From Mobula hypostoma (lineage: Eukaryota), in assembly GCF_963921235.1 (NCBI RefSeq), contig NC_086109.1, positions 16,246,001 through 16,310,000 on the forward strand: a DNA stretch of 64,000 nt, written 5' to 3'. Positions 34,921 through 47,890 of this stretch are shown here, piece after piece. Made by a program: the position numbers and the translations under genes. Every line of letters begins with the position of its first letter. Positions within the stretch are counted from its first letter, which is position 1. The notes beneath the pieces are model-generated. The model saw only the letters and a program-made list of their open reading frames with translations, did not search any database and was not told the origin of the DNA.

Positions 34921-36809
34921 CTATTTTGTTATTACCACAACTTCAATTTTGTTTGCAAACCTATTATGTGGTGTCAGGTTAAAAACTGTTAGAAGACTGT
35001 ATACAAAACATCACCGTCCTATTCAGGCATCTACCCTCTTCCTTCCCAGCCCTGATGAAGGGTCTTGGCCTGAAGCATCGAATGCTTATTCCCCTCCATA
35101 GATACAGCTGACCTGCTGAATTCCTCCAGCATTTTGTGTGTGCATTAACTGCTGCAACCCTTACTGTTGCTGAATGGAAGATGTTTGCCAATTTATCATT
35201 TTTTAAGGTTCAAAGTACATTTATCTCACCATATACCACCCTGAGATTCATTTTCTTGCAGGCATACTCAATAAATCTATAGAACAATAACCAGAACAGA
35301 ATCAGTGAAAGACTAGAATGAAAGGAAGGCTTGGGCCAGATCAAAGTGGCAGGGTCGAGTGACACTGAATCCCCAGTAATGAGATCAAGAAACACAAGAG
35401 GGATAATTCATTGATGAAGAGAGTAAGCACTTTGGAACAGGTCTAAGTCATTGATTTATTGCCTCAATTTCTTTCATTTTGTCTATAAAAGTGAATGTGT
35501 TTGGAGCCAGGTCTGAACACTTGCTGAGTACAACATCCACAATCCTCCACTCCTCTGGTACCAATGGCCTATCTATGGACTAGCTAATATTTCCACCTCA
35601 TCTATTGTATGTTCATCCTGTCCAACTTTACTGCTCTCTCATCTTACGTGTCTACACATTCCTCATCTTTTCTACCATGACAACAAATGCAGTGGGAAGG
35701 AGTGAGAACTGTGGAAGAGATCTACCCTCCCTTCTCCCAATCCCGTTACTTGGAGGGACCCATTTGGGAATACCATATACAGATATTTGTGGCATGACTG
35801 TGGATGAAAGGGAACCAATGGACATAGATTTCAAGAAGGAACTTTGCATGGAAGGTAAGGTATTGGCTTCGATGCAGATTGGCTGGTTAACACAAAACAG
35901 GGCAAAGACATAAATGGGCTTTTTGCCAGTTTACAAGATATAGTAAGTGTTGTACCATAGAGGGTTGATATGGATCCTTAAAATATTTACTTCATGTAAA
36001 CGACTTTGATGAGAGAACTGAAGGTAGGGTTGTAAAGTTCAAGTTCAAGATCAAGTTTAGTTGTCATTCAACCATGCATGAATATCCTTGAATACAACCA
36101 AATGAGATAGAGTTGCTCCAGGGCCAAGGTGCAAAACACAGTACTAACAATCACAAACAGCACAAAGCACATACAGCACATGCAAGACAGGAGTAAAAGA
36201 TATAGTCATATAAAAGTATAGTCTGAGTCCCCGTATCCATGAATGCTGCAGCAGTCTGCAGTCAAACACAATACATCTTGTCTTCTGCTAAGCAAACGCT
36301 AGAGAATAAGAATTAGAAGAGGACTAGAATGTTCGTCATCATTATATGCCGTATCATATGACATGTGTGATCGTGGTCCCATGACCATGATTGTTCTCGG
36401 CAAATGTTTCTACAGAAGTGGTTTGCCATTGCCTTCTTCTGGGCAGTGTCTTTACAAGAAGGGTGACCCCAGCCATCATCAATACTCTTCAGAGATCATC
36501 TGCCTGGCGTCAGTGGTCACATAACCAGGGCTTGTGATATGCATCAACTGCTCATATGACCATCCACCACCTGCTCCTCTGGCTTCACAAGACCCTGATC
36601 GTGAGGGGGCCTAGCGGGTGCTACACTCTGCCCAGGGGTGCCCTGCAGGCTGGCGGAGGGAAGAAATGAAGACCTGAGGAAACCTGGAAGCAAAACAGCC
36701 TCCTAATCCTATTTTTCAGATTTGGAAAGTTTTACTAGAGGAGACAAACATCTACTTATTACTTTCATGTAAAAGTTGTTAATTATTGCTGCTTTATTGC
36801 TGTATTAGC

Positions 36810-37430
36810 ATCATCTCTCCGTCTGTACACTCACCATTGTGTGGCTAGACACAACTCAAAGCATCTATAAATTTACTGTTGACACAACTATTGCCGGTAG
36901 TATTTCAGTGGAGATGAGGAGGCGTAGAGGAGTGAGATAAATCAGCTGGTTGAGTGGTGTTGCACCCAACATCAGTATGACCAAGGAATTCATTGCGGAC
37001 TTCAAAAATGGGAAGTTTAGGGAATACACACCAGTCCTCATCGAGGGATCAAAAGTGGAAAGGGAAAGCAGTTTCAAGTTCCTGGGTGTCAGCATCTCTG
37101 AGGATCTACCCAGGCCCAACATATTGATGCAATTACAAAGAAGTCATGACAGCGGCTATCAGTCATTAAAAGTTTGAGGGGACTTGATATGTCACCAAGG
37201 ACAATCACAAGTTTCTGCAGCTGTACTGTGGAGACCAGTCAAAGCGGTTGCATCACCATTTGGTGATGAGGAACCACTGCACGGGATGGGAAAAGGCTGC
37301 AGAAAGTTGTAAACTCAGCCACCTCCATCACGGGCATGAGCCTTCACAGTATCCAGGGCACCTTCGAAAGGTGATGGCTCAAAAAGGCAGCATCCATTAT
37401 TAAAGAACCCCATGAGACTGAACATGCCAG
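36810..37430 (+). mobile_element. Rex1/Babar LINE RT 3' fragment
   Basis: YKFTVDTT (decayed FADD) and NISMTKEFIADFK..TPVLIEGSKVERESSFKFLGVSISEDL. Frameshifts. Confidence 0.75.
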
Positions 37431-38379
37431 GTTGAACCCATGAGCACTTCCTTCAGTACTTTTCCTCTCTTTTTTTGCACTACTGATTTAATTTAATTTA
37501 TTTTTAATACATATACTATATACTGTACCTCTTATTTTAATGTATAGTTTTTATTATTATGTATTGCATTGAACCGCTGCCCCAAAACAACAAGTTTCTT
37601 GGCATATGCTGGGGATATTAAACCTGATTCTGATTCTGATTCTAATCTTTCCACCTGCGAAAATGTGCAAAGTTGCAAAGTATTCCTCATCTACCTCACT
37701 AACGGGATGGTGGATATTCAGGTATTTCATGTTTTCCGATATAGTTATTACATCCTCCACCATTGCTGTGATGACCCTGTTTTGTTTTCTCTCTCATGAA
37801 GGATGTTCCCAGAACCTGACCAAATGAGTCATGAAGAGAGGATGAACGGGCTCAGAGTTTATTCCTTGAAACACACTGCCGGAGACTGAGGGATGATTTC
37901 ATGGAGGTGTATTAAATCATGAGGAGTGTAGATAGGGCAAATGCACACTGTCTTTTTCCCAGGGTGGGGGATATCAAGACCTAGATTTGATAGGTTTATG
38001 GTGAGAGGAGAGAGATTTAATAGGAAGCTGAGGAGCAACGTTTTCCACACAGAGCTGCCAGAGGAGGAGGGTATGGCTGGTACATTTTAAAGATACTGGG
38101 GAAAGTACATGCATGGTTTAAAAGGACATGGGCCAAACATGGGTAAACTAGACTAGCTTAGATGGGAATCTTGGTCAGCATGGATCATTTGGGCCGAAAC
38201 GCCTGTGGTCATGCTGTATCACATGTGACTCTATAAATACAAATTACTAGATATGAACCTCAACCATTCTTTTTGTCTCCATAGAAATATTGGAATTGGT
38301 TTGTTACTGTCACATGTACTGAGACACAGTAGTGCAGTTCCCTAAGTATATTTTTTTAATGGAATTTGATACAAATATA

Positions 38380-40690
38380 ACCATATAACAATTATAGCAC
38401 AGAAACAGGTAATTTCGGCCCTTCTAGTCCGTGCCGAACGCTTACTCTCACCTAGTCCCACCGACCTGCACTCAGCCCATAACCCTCCATTCCTTTCCTG
38501 TCCATATAGCTATCCAATTTAACTTTAAATGACAATATCGAACCTGCCTCAACCACTTCTGCTGGAAGCTCGTTCCACACAGTTACCACTCTCTGAGTAA
38601 AGAAGTTCCCCCTCATGTTACCCCTAAACTTTTGCCCTTTAACTCTCAACTCATGTCCTCTTGTTTGAATCTCCCCCACTCTCAATGGAAAAAGCCTATC
38701 CACGTCAACTCTATCTATCCTCCTCATAATTTTAAATACCTCTATCAAGTCCCCCTTCAACCTTCTACGTTCCAAAGAATAAAAACGCAGCTTGTTCAAC
38801 CTTTCTCTGTAACTTAGGTGATGAAACCCAGGTAACATTCTAGTAAATCTTCTCTGTACTCTCTCTATTTTGTTGGCATCTTTCCTATTATTCGGTGACC
38901 AGACCTGTAGACAATATTCCAAATCTGGCCTTACCAATGCCTTGTACAATTTTAACATTACATCCCAACTCCTATACTCAATGCTCTGGTTTATAAAGGC
39001 CGGCATACCAAAAGCTTTCTTCACCACCCTATCGACATGAGATTCCACCTTCAGGGAACTATGCACCGTTATTCCTAGATCCCTCTGTTCTACTGCATTC
39101 TTCAATGTCCTACCAGTTACCATGTATGTCCTATTTTGATTAGTCCTACCAAAATGTAGCACCTCACATTTATCAGCATTAAACTCCATCTGCCATCTTT
39201 CAGCCCACTCTTCTAATTGGCCCAAATCTCTCTGCAAGCTTTGAAAACCTACTTCATCATCCACAACGCCACCTATCTTAGTATCATCTGCATACTTACT
39301 AATCCTATTTACCACCCCATCATCCAGATCATTAATGTATATGACAAACAACATTGGACCCAGTGCAGATCCCTGAGGCACACCATTGGTCACCGGCCTC
39401 CAATCTGACAAACAGTTATCCACCACTACTCTCTGGCGTCTCCCAACCAGCCACTGCTGAATCCGTTTTACTACTTCAATATTAATACCTAACAATTGAA
39501 CCTTCCTAACTAAGCTTCTGTGTGGAACCTTGTCAAAGGCCTTACTGAAGTCCATATAGACAACATCCACCACTTTACCCTTGTGAACTTTCCTGGTAAC
39601 CGCTTCAAAAAATTCAATAAGATTTGTCAAACATGACTTTCCACACACAAATCCATGTTGACTGTTCCTAATCAGACCCTGTCTATCCAGATACTTATAT
39701 ATACCATCTCTAAGAATACTTTCCATCTATTTACCCACCACTGATGTCAAACTCACAGGCCGATAGTTGTTAGGTTTACTCCTAGAACCCTTTTTAAACA
39801 ATGGAACAACATGAGCAATACGCCAATCCTCCGGCACCATCCCTGTTTCTAATGACATTTGAAATATTTCTGTCAGAGCCCCTGCTATTTCCACATTAAC
39901 TTCCCTCATGGTCCTAGGGAATATCCTGTCAGGACCCAGAGACTTAACCACTTTTATATTCCTTAAAAGTGCCAGTACTTTTAAGGAGTTTCCATAGTTT
40001 CCATAACTTCCCTATCTGTTTCCCTTACCTTACACAATTCAATATCCTTCTCCTTAGTGAGTACCGAAGAAAAGAAATTGTTTAAAATCTCCCTCATCTC
40101 TTTTGGCTCCACACATTTTGTCCACTCTGATTCTCTAAGGGAGCAATTTTATCCCTCACTATCCTTTTGCTATTAATATAACTGTAGAAACACTTTGGAT
40201 TTATTTTCACCTTACTTGCCAAAGCAACCTCATATCTTCTTTTAGCTTTTCTAATTTCTTTCTTAAGATTCTTTTTACATCCTTTATATTCCTCGAGCAC
40301 CTCATTTACTCCTACATTTACATTTATTGTAGATATCTCCCTTTTTCCGAACCAAGTTTCCAATATCCCTTGAAAACCATGGCTCTCTCAAACTTTTAAC
40401 CTTTCCCTTCAACCTAACAGGAACATAAAGATTCTGTACCCTCAAAATTTCACCTTTAAATGATCTCCATTTCTCTGTTACATCCTTCCCATAAAACAAT
40501 TTGTCCCAATCCACTCCTTCTAAATCCTTCCGCATCTTCTTGAAGTTAGCCTTTCTCCAATCAAAAATCTCAATCCTGGGTCCAGACATACCCTTCTCCA
40601 TAATTATATTGAAACTAATGGCATTGTGATCACTGGACTTGAAGTGTTCCCCAACACAAACCTCTGTCACCTGACCTATCTCATTCCGTA
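38380..40690 (-). mobile_element. CR1 LINE, 5'-truncated, relatively young
   Basis: ORF2 pieces at 40302-40733 (SDHN), 40094-40363, 39727-39951 and 38452-39726 (QHGF, DFSKAFD, GVPQGS, YADD). AACCATAT-type 3' tail. Internal stop and frameshifts. Confidence 0.95.
38452..39726 (-). pseudogene. CR1 ORF2 reverse-transcriptase domain (424-aa open stretch of a disrupted ORF)
   Basis: All non-LTR RT motifs are present. An in-frame stop lies immediately upstream (39727-39729). Confidence 0.92.
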
Positions 40691-41804
40691 AATATAAATA
40701 TATAGGATTTAGATATCCTGACCCACCCTTCAATTCAGAAGAAGGTGGTGGTAATGAACCTTAAAGCTGTTTGCCATAAAGTTTCAGAAGAAGAAGAAAT
40801 GTAGTGAAAAGTTTTTTGTTTGCCTACCATCCATTCATAAGTACATCGAGATAATACAAAAAATACAAAATGCAGGACATTGTATTACAGTTAGAGAGAA
40901 AGCACAGTGCAAAGGCCAGGGCAAGGTAGAGTGAAAGATCAAGAGTTAATCTTTATTATGTAAGAGTTTAAGAGTCTTATAACAGCAGGATAGAAGCTGT
41001 CTTGATGTTATGTCTCTTGAACCTGATGGTATGTCTCTTGAACCCAATGGTATGTCTTCTCAAGCTTTTGTATCTTCTGCCTGATGTAAGAAGAGAGAAG
41101 AGAGAATGCCCAGGGTGAGAAGGTCCTTGAGTTTTGGTTTTGAAAATTCATGACCCCATACTCCCTAAAACATTATTTACTATTTATATTTTGGAAATGG
41201 TTTAAGGTTCCCCCCTGTGGTGATTCTGGATTATTATTATTATTGTTATTAATAATAATACCCTTATTGTTCTCCCTGTTTCTTATAGAATTTATCAAGC
41301 ATGGAAACAGGGCCTTTAGGTCTGTGAGAACAGCTGAGGGGATCATAGAGGTCTCCCTAACATCTATTGGGGACATTTATCAGGAGTACTGCAAATGCTG
41401 GGCCCTTAGTATTATAAAGGATCACACCCATCCATCCTTTGACTTTCTACCATCAATTTCTTCCCCCAGGCCATTAGGCTTCTGAACTTCCTGCCACATC
41501 ATATTCAAAGTGTCACAGCTTAATCTGTTCTTTCCCCTACAATAGTTAATATTAATGTACTTTAGTTTGCTATTTATGTGCGATTCATCTGTAGATTTTA
41601 CCCTTACCTTCATAAGTTATCATGTGTTATATGTGTTATGTGTACTAATGTGCTTTACACCCAGGTTTGGAGAAACCTTGTCTCATTTCTATACATTATA
41701 TACATGTATATAGTTAAATGACAATAAACTTGACTTTGACCTAACATGTCCTCGCCAAGCAACCTGAACCAGTCCTATATTCCCTCACTAGATCTCCTTG
41801 GTAC

Positions 41805-42515
41805 ATACAAGAGAAACTCTGCAGATGTTGGAAATCTGAGCAACATACACAAAATGCTGGAGTAACTCAGCAGGCCAGGCAGCATCTATGGAAAAAAGCA
41901 CAGTCGACGTTTCAGGCCCAAACCCTTCGGCGGGACTGGAGAGAAAAAGCTGAGGAGTAGGTTTGAAAGGTGAGGGTTGAGGAGAGAGAAACACCAGGCA
42001 ATAGGTGAAACTTAGAGGGGGAGGGATGAAGCAAAGAGCTTGAAAGTTGATTGATGAAAGAGACAGAAGGCCATGGGAGAAAGCCAAAAGGGGGAGGAGG
42101 TAGGAGCACCAGAAGGGGGCGATGGACAGGCAAGGAGATAACATGAGCGAGGAAAAAGGGATGGAAAATGGTGATGGGTGGGGGTGGGGGCAGAGGCATT
42201 ACTGAAAGTTTGAGAAATCAATGTTCATGCCATCACATTGGAGGCTTCTCAAACAGAATACAAGTTGTTCCTCCAACCTAAATGTGGCCTTATCACAACA
42301 GTGGATGAGGCCATGGATGGACACATTGGAATGGGAATGGGAAGTGGAATTAAAATGGGTGGCCACTGGGAGAATGTAGGCTCTCAGCAAAGTGCTCTCC
42401 CAATTTACGTCGGGTCTCATCGATAGACAGGAGGCCACACCAGAGCACCAAACTCAGACACAGGTGACCCCAACAGACACAGGTGAAGTGTCGCATCACC
42501 TGGAAGGACTGTTTG
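41805..42515 (-). mobile_element. Penelope 3' fragment
   Basis: LPVATHFN..FRLEEQ..GMNIDFSNF, UTR and a mutated hammerhead motif at about 41901-41938. Confidence 0.85.
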
Positions 42516-43011
42516 GGTCTCGTATTGCTGCTTGTTCTCTCTTTTGTCAGAAACCTTATATTTATTATCAGCCTCCTGTTTCTGCTTCATTTTGCCATTG
42601 TATCTGTAGATGTTTTGGGAGATTCTGCTTTGAGTTTTCCCTCCTTTCTCTCACGTGGGTCTCTTCATTGAAGGTCTCTTCTTCATCCTCTTTACTTTTG
42701 CCACCAATCTTTGACTGATGCATCACATCAATTTACAATAAACTGAAGTAAGTCTTCATCTTGTTAAGTATTTTGATGCTTGGTTTACTTTATCAGTCTG
42801 AGTAATGTTTCCAAAATTGATGATAAGATACCAATGGGAAGAAAAGCAAAATTTTGTTCTATGTGTGTAGTGACCTGTAACGCATTGCCTAAGGAAAGCA
42901 GATTTAAAAGGGAAAAAGTATTTTTATAAAAACTACAGATATTGGAAATATGAAATAAAAACAGAAAATGTAGGCAGGTCAGATAGCAACTGTAGAAAAG
43001 GATGGAGTTAA

Positions 43012-45220
43012 TGTTGTGTATTTAACAGTTTAGTAATATTTGAGTAATATTGTAAACATATTGTTTGATTAAGCATTCTTATTCATTTAAACAATTTATT
43101 ATGGGTTATACAACAATGTATGCGTCATGATGCTGCCACGTGATATGTGCGCACATTGCTTAAAACGAAAAAAATGAACAGACATGAGTTACCTCCTGGT
43201 TGCCTTGTTTATCCTTTCAATTAATTTCTATATTTCGGAGTTATAAAACATAACAGTGGCAATGAGAAAGTTTTAAATGAACCCAAGTCGACTGACTACT
43301 TGCTGTAGTGCAGTGAGATGCTCGAGCTTAAAATAAGCGCAGCAAGAAACAGTTGAGTTTTTAAAAAGTGTAGCATGTTTTTTTTTCAGAGCTGCATGTC
43401 TTCAAAAAAGGAAACACAGCCAAGTTAAATCAAAAAGGCAGAGCATGGAAGAATTCATGGGTTCATGAACAGTGAGTGTTGGGTGATTGTAATCACAAAA
43501 AGAAAGGGCAAAAGTGGCTGGCTACGTCAGAAAAACTGACACGTTTGATTACACAACAGATAACTGGATATCGAATCCAGAGCTAATTGCGCAGCATTCT
43601 AAAGCAAATGGAATGCCCAACGAGAATCGGATGCCAATTTTGCTGAGTGCATTGGATTTACACCAGGCACGTCACTTAGAAGTTTAACTGCTCTAACCAA
43701 ACCAGCTGAAATGAGCTTTGCTGCTATTGTGGAAGTAATACAGGAACATTTAAAACTGAAACTACTGTTGATTGCAGAACACTTTAGGTTTCATAAGCGG
43801 AATCAAAATGAAGTGAAGTCCATTTCAGCATATCTGGCTGAATTGAAGAGATTTTCTGAGCATTTCCAGTTTAGTGATGGGCTTAATGATGTACTGAGAG
43901 ATCATATAGTTTGTGGAATCTTACAAGAAAATATTCAAAAATGGCTCGTAACAGCAGTAGAAATTGCTGTATCAATGGAAAAGGAAGACAAAGACACAAC
44001 TAAGTTGCAGTCAGGAATGAAAGTGAGTGTGAACAAAATTGCAATGGCTAAACAAAAACTGCCCTGGCCAAACAAATTGTGTTATCATTGTGGCAGGGGC
44101 TCACATTCATCAGACCAATGCAGGTTGAAAGGTGAAACTTGCAGAAAATGCAATAAAGTAGGACATACAAACAGCATGTTGGGCAGACAAAAATAAATGG
44201 ACTGCACAGGGAAGACAAAAAAGTTTGTCCAGAAACTAAAGAATGCACTGTTAGCATTGTCAGCAGAATGCACTACAGTAACACTAAACCAGAATTTTAT
44301 CATCTCCTCCTTGAATATCGTAATGCGGCATACTCCACAACCAACAACTGACTGATTAAGCTGTTCCCAGGCTGCCCCTTGCATTCACACTTGGATCTCC
44401 TCAAAGCCAGTCTCAGAAGAAGAATGCAGAACAAATAGCTGAGACAAATTGAGGGCTCCTCATACAAGGAGATTTGATGTTTCACTCCTCGACCAACCAT
44501 CTTAGCAAGGGACTACAGAGATCATTAAAAAATGGGTACTCGGTAAGATTAAGGACAGAACTGGACCATTCTTCTACACGGTGGAGATTGTGTCTGATAC
44601 CATCAGGAGACGACACATCAATCAGCTGAGGAAAGTAGAGACAATTGTTAGAGAAGAGAGGTGGCCAGAGCTGTCAGAACCACTTCCTGCAGTCGCAGAG
44701 TCAACTTGTACAATCATCACGGAGGAGGCCACAGAACCTGAGGTTTCACAGCTACAAGTCTCACCTGCCAAGCAAAGTGATCACCCTTTCAAGAAAGACT
44801 TAACACACAAGAGTAAGAAATCCTCCACAGTGATTAAATCTTTAGGCCTGAAAGGGACAATTTAAATTTACTATGCTGTGGCTGTCTGTATATGGTAGTT
44901 GTATCATGGTATATAATATACTAAGAATGCATTCTATATTGAGCTGGAGTTTATAGTTAAGCAGGGTGGAACATTGTGTATCTAATATTTTAGTATTATT
45001 TCAGTTATATTGTAATTTGATTAATCATTCTTGTTCATTTAAATAATTCATTATGGGTTATATGTAAAAATAATGTAAAGTGCATACGTCATGGTGCTAC
45101 CATGTGACATGTGCGTGCCCCGCTTAAAATAAAGAACGAACGTAGACAAGTTATCTCCGGGCTCTCTTGCTTTTCTTTCAATTAGTTTTTTTTTAAAGTT
45201 TTGTAGTTAAAAATATAACA
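43012..45220 (+). mobile_element. Gypsy LTR element of the same family as 21633-26829, with most of pol deleted
   Basis: LTRs at 43012-43255 and 44972-45220. 5-bp TSD GTTAA. gag with two CCHC motifs (43711-44196) joined to the integrase C-terminus. Confidence 0.92.
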
Positions 45221-46637
45221 GTTAACTTTTCATTTTGGAGTCCCTTCATCAGTCCTGATGAAGGAATCCTTGACTGAAAAGCTGGTTATGTAGTTGAGGT
45301 GCTGAGAAGTAAGGTATATGGAAAAATATTTTGTTTACGCTCTTCAGGACACTAAAGGCAAAAACCTAAATAAGTTTATTTAATTAGCAATACAGAGCAG
45401 AGTAGACCCTTCTGGCCGTTTGACTCACACCGCACCAGCAACCCTGATAAACCTGATTAACCCTAACCTAACCACGGGACACCTTGCAATGACCAATTAC
45501 CCTACCCGGTATATCTTTGCACTGTGGGAGGAAACCAGAGAACCTGGAGAAAACCCACATATTCCACAGGGAGGACGTACAGAGACTCCTTATAGGACGG
45601 CATCAGAATTGAACTTGGAATTCCAGATATTTCCAAGCTATGGCACCCAAGGTTGAAGAGGCAATGACCCCAGACTATGATTCTGATTCTTGGTACACAG
45701 GATGGACAACTCACACAGCCATTCATCGTAGAGCGACAGAAACATGTCGAGACTTAGCAACTAAAAGTTGACTTGTTTTCTCTCCTTCCCAGTTCTGATG
45801 AAGCATTAACTGTGAGGTAGCACATGCAAAACACTTGAGGAACTCAGCAGCTCAGGCAGCATGTTGAACAGTCGGCATTTCAGGCCAAGACCCTTCATCA
45901 GGACTGCTTCTCTTTCCATAGATGCCGTCTGACCTGCTGAGTGTTTCCGGCAACTCCTGTTTGTAAGGAGCCGCAGAATGTAGTGGAGTCAGCCCAACAC
46001 ATCTCGGGCATTTCCATCTTCACCATCGGCAGAATCTACTTGAGGCACAGCCTCAGGTTAAAGTCATTGACCCCCAATGATCCCCACCACCTGGGCCGTG
46101 CCATCTTCTCACAGTAACCATCAGGCAGAGGGTGTAGAAGTTTAAAGTCCAATAGCACCAGGTTCAAGAACAGCCGCTTCCCTTCATCCACAACTCTAAT
46201 CACTACCTCAGTATAACAACACTTTGACCTACAATGGACATTTTTTTTGATACAAGTGTGGACCTTTTTGTAAAAATTGTTTGCAATTTATGTTTCTCTT
46301 GTGAATTTTGTTTATCTGATGCCATGTTCAAAGTTTATTATCAAAGTACATATACATCACCATATACTACCCTGAGATTTGTTTTCTTGTGGGCATACTC
46401 AATAAATCCAGTAACCATAATAGAATCAATGAAAGACCCCACCAACAGGGCGGGCAAATGACAACGAACTGTGCAAATACAAAAGAAAGGAAAAAAATAA
46501 TTAATAACTACAATAAATAAATCAGCAATAAATATCAAGAACATGCGAAGAGTCCTTGAAAGTGAGTCACTAGTTTGCGGGAACCATTCAGTTGGTGGGG
46601 CAAGTGAAACTGAGTGAAATTATTCCCTCAGTTTCAA

Positions 46638-47890
46638 GAAACATAGAAACATAGAAAACATAGAAAATAGGTGCAGGAGTAGGCCATTCGGCCCTTCGAG
46701 CCTGCACCGCCATTTATTATGATCATGGCTGATCATCCAACTCAGAACCCCGCCCCAGCCTTCCCTCCATACCCCCTGACCCCTGTAGCCACAAGGGCCA
46801 TATCTAACTCCCTCTTAAACATAGCCAATGAACTGGCCTCAACAGTTTGCTGTGGCAGAGAATTCCACAGATTCACCATTCTCTGTGTGAAGTTTTTCCT
46901 AATCTCGGTCCTAAAAGGCTTCCCCTCTATCCTCAAACTGTGACCCCTCGTTCTGGACTTCCCCAACATCGGGAACAATCTTCCTGCATCTAGCCTGTCC
47001 AATCCCTTTAGGATCTTATACGTTTCAATCAGATCCCCCCTCAATCTTCTAAATTCCAACGAGTACAAGCCCAGTTCATCCAGTCTTTCTTCATATGAAA
47101 GTCCTGCCATCCCAGGAATCAATCTGGTGAACCTTCTTTGTACACCCTCTATGGCAAAGATGTCTTTCCTCAGATTAGGGGACCAAAACTGCACACAATA
47201 CTCCAGGTGTGGTCTCACCAAGGCCTTGTACAACTGCAGTAGTACCTCCCTGCTCCTGTACTCGAATCCTCTCGCTATAAATGCCAGCATACCATTCGCC
47301 TTTTTCACCGCCTGCTGTACCTGCATGCCCACTTTCAATGACTGGTGTATAATGACACCCAGGTCTCGTTGCACCTCCCCTTTTCCTAATCGGCCACCAT
47401 TCAGATAATAATCTGTTTTCCTATTTTTGCCACCAAAGTGGATAACTTCACATTTATCCACATTAAATTGCATCTGCCATGAGTTTGTCCACTCACCCAA
47501 CCTATCCAAGTCACCCTGCATCCTCTTAGCATCCTCCTCACTGCTAACACTGCCACCCAGCTTCGTGTCATCCGCAAACTTGGAGATGCTGCATTTAATT
47601 CCCTCATCCAAGTCATTAATATATATTGTAAACAACTGGGGTCCCAGCACTGAGCCTTGCGGTACCCCACTAGTCACCGCCTGCCATTCTGAAAAGGTCC
47701 CGTTTATTCCCACTCTTTGCTTCCTGTCTGCTAACCAATTCTCCACCCACACCAATACCTTACCCCCAATACCGTGTGCTTTAAGTTTGCACACTAATCT
47801 CCTGTGTGGGACCTTGTCAAAAGCCTTTTGAAAATCCAAATATACCACATCCACTGGTTCTCCCCTATCCATTCTACTAGTTACATCCTC
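46638..47890 (-). mobile_element. Very young 5'-truncated CR1 LINE with open RT ORF (46742-47872, 376 aa)
   Basis: DFQKAFD, GVPQGSVLGP, FADD and RPHLEYC motifs with no stops. (TTTCTATG)n 3' tail at about 46638-46668. Confidence 0.95.

Noticed and set aside
37557..37763. 68-aa protein-like minus-strand ORF
   Set aside because: It runs into a repeat tail (IRIRIR) and lacks convincing splice signals or homology.
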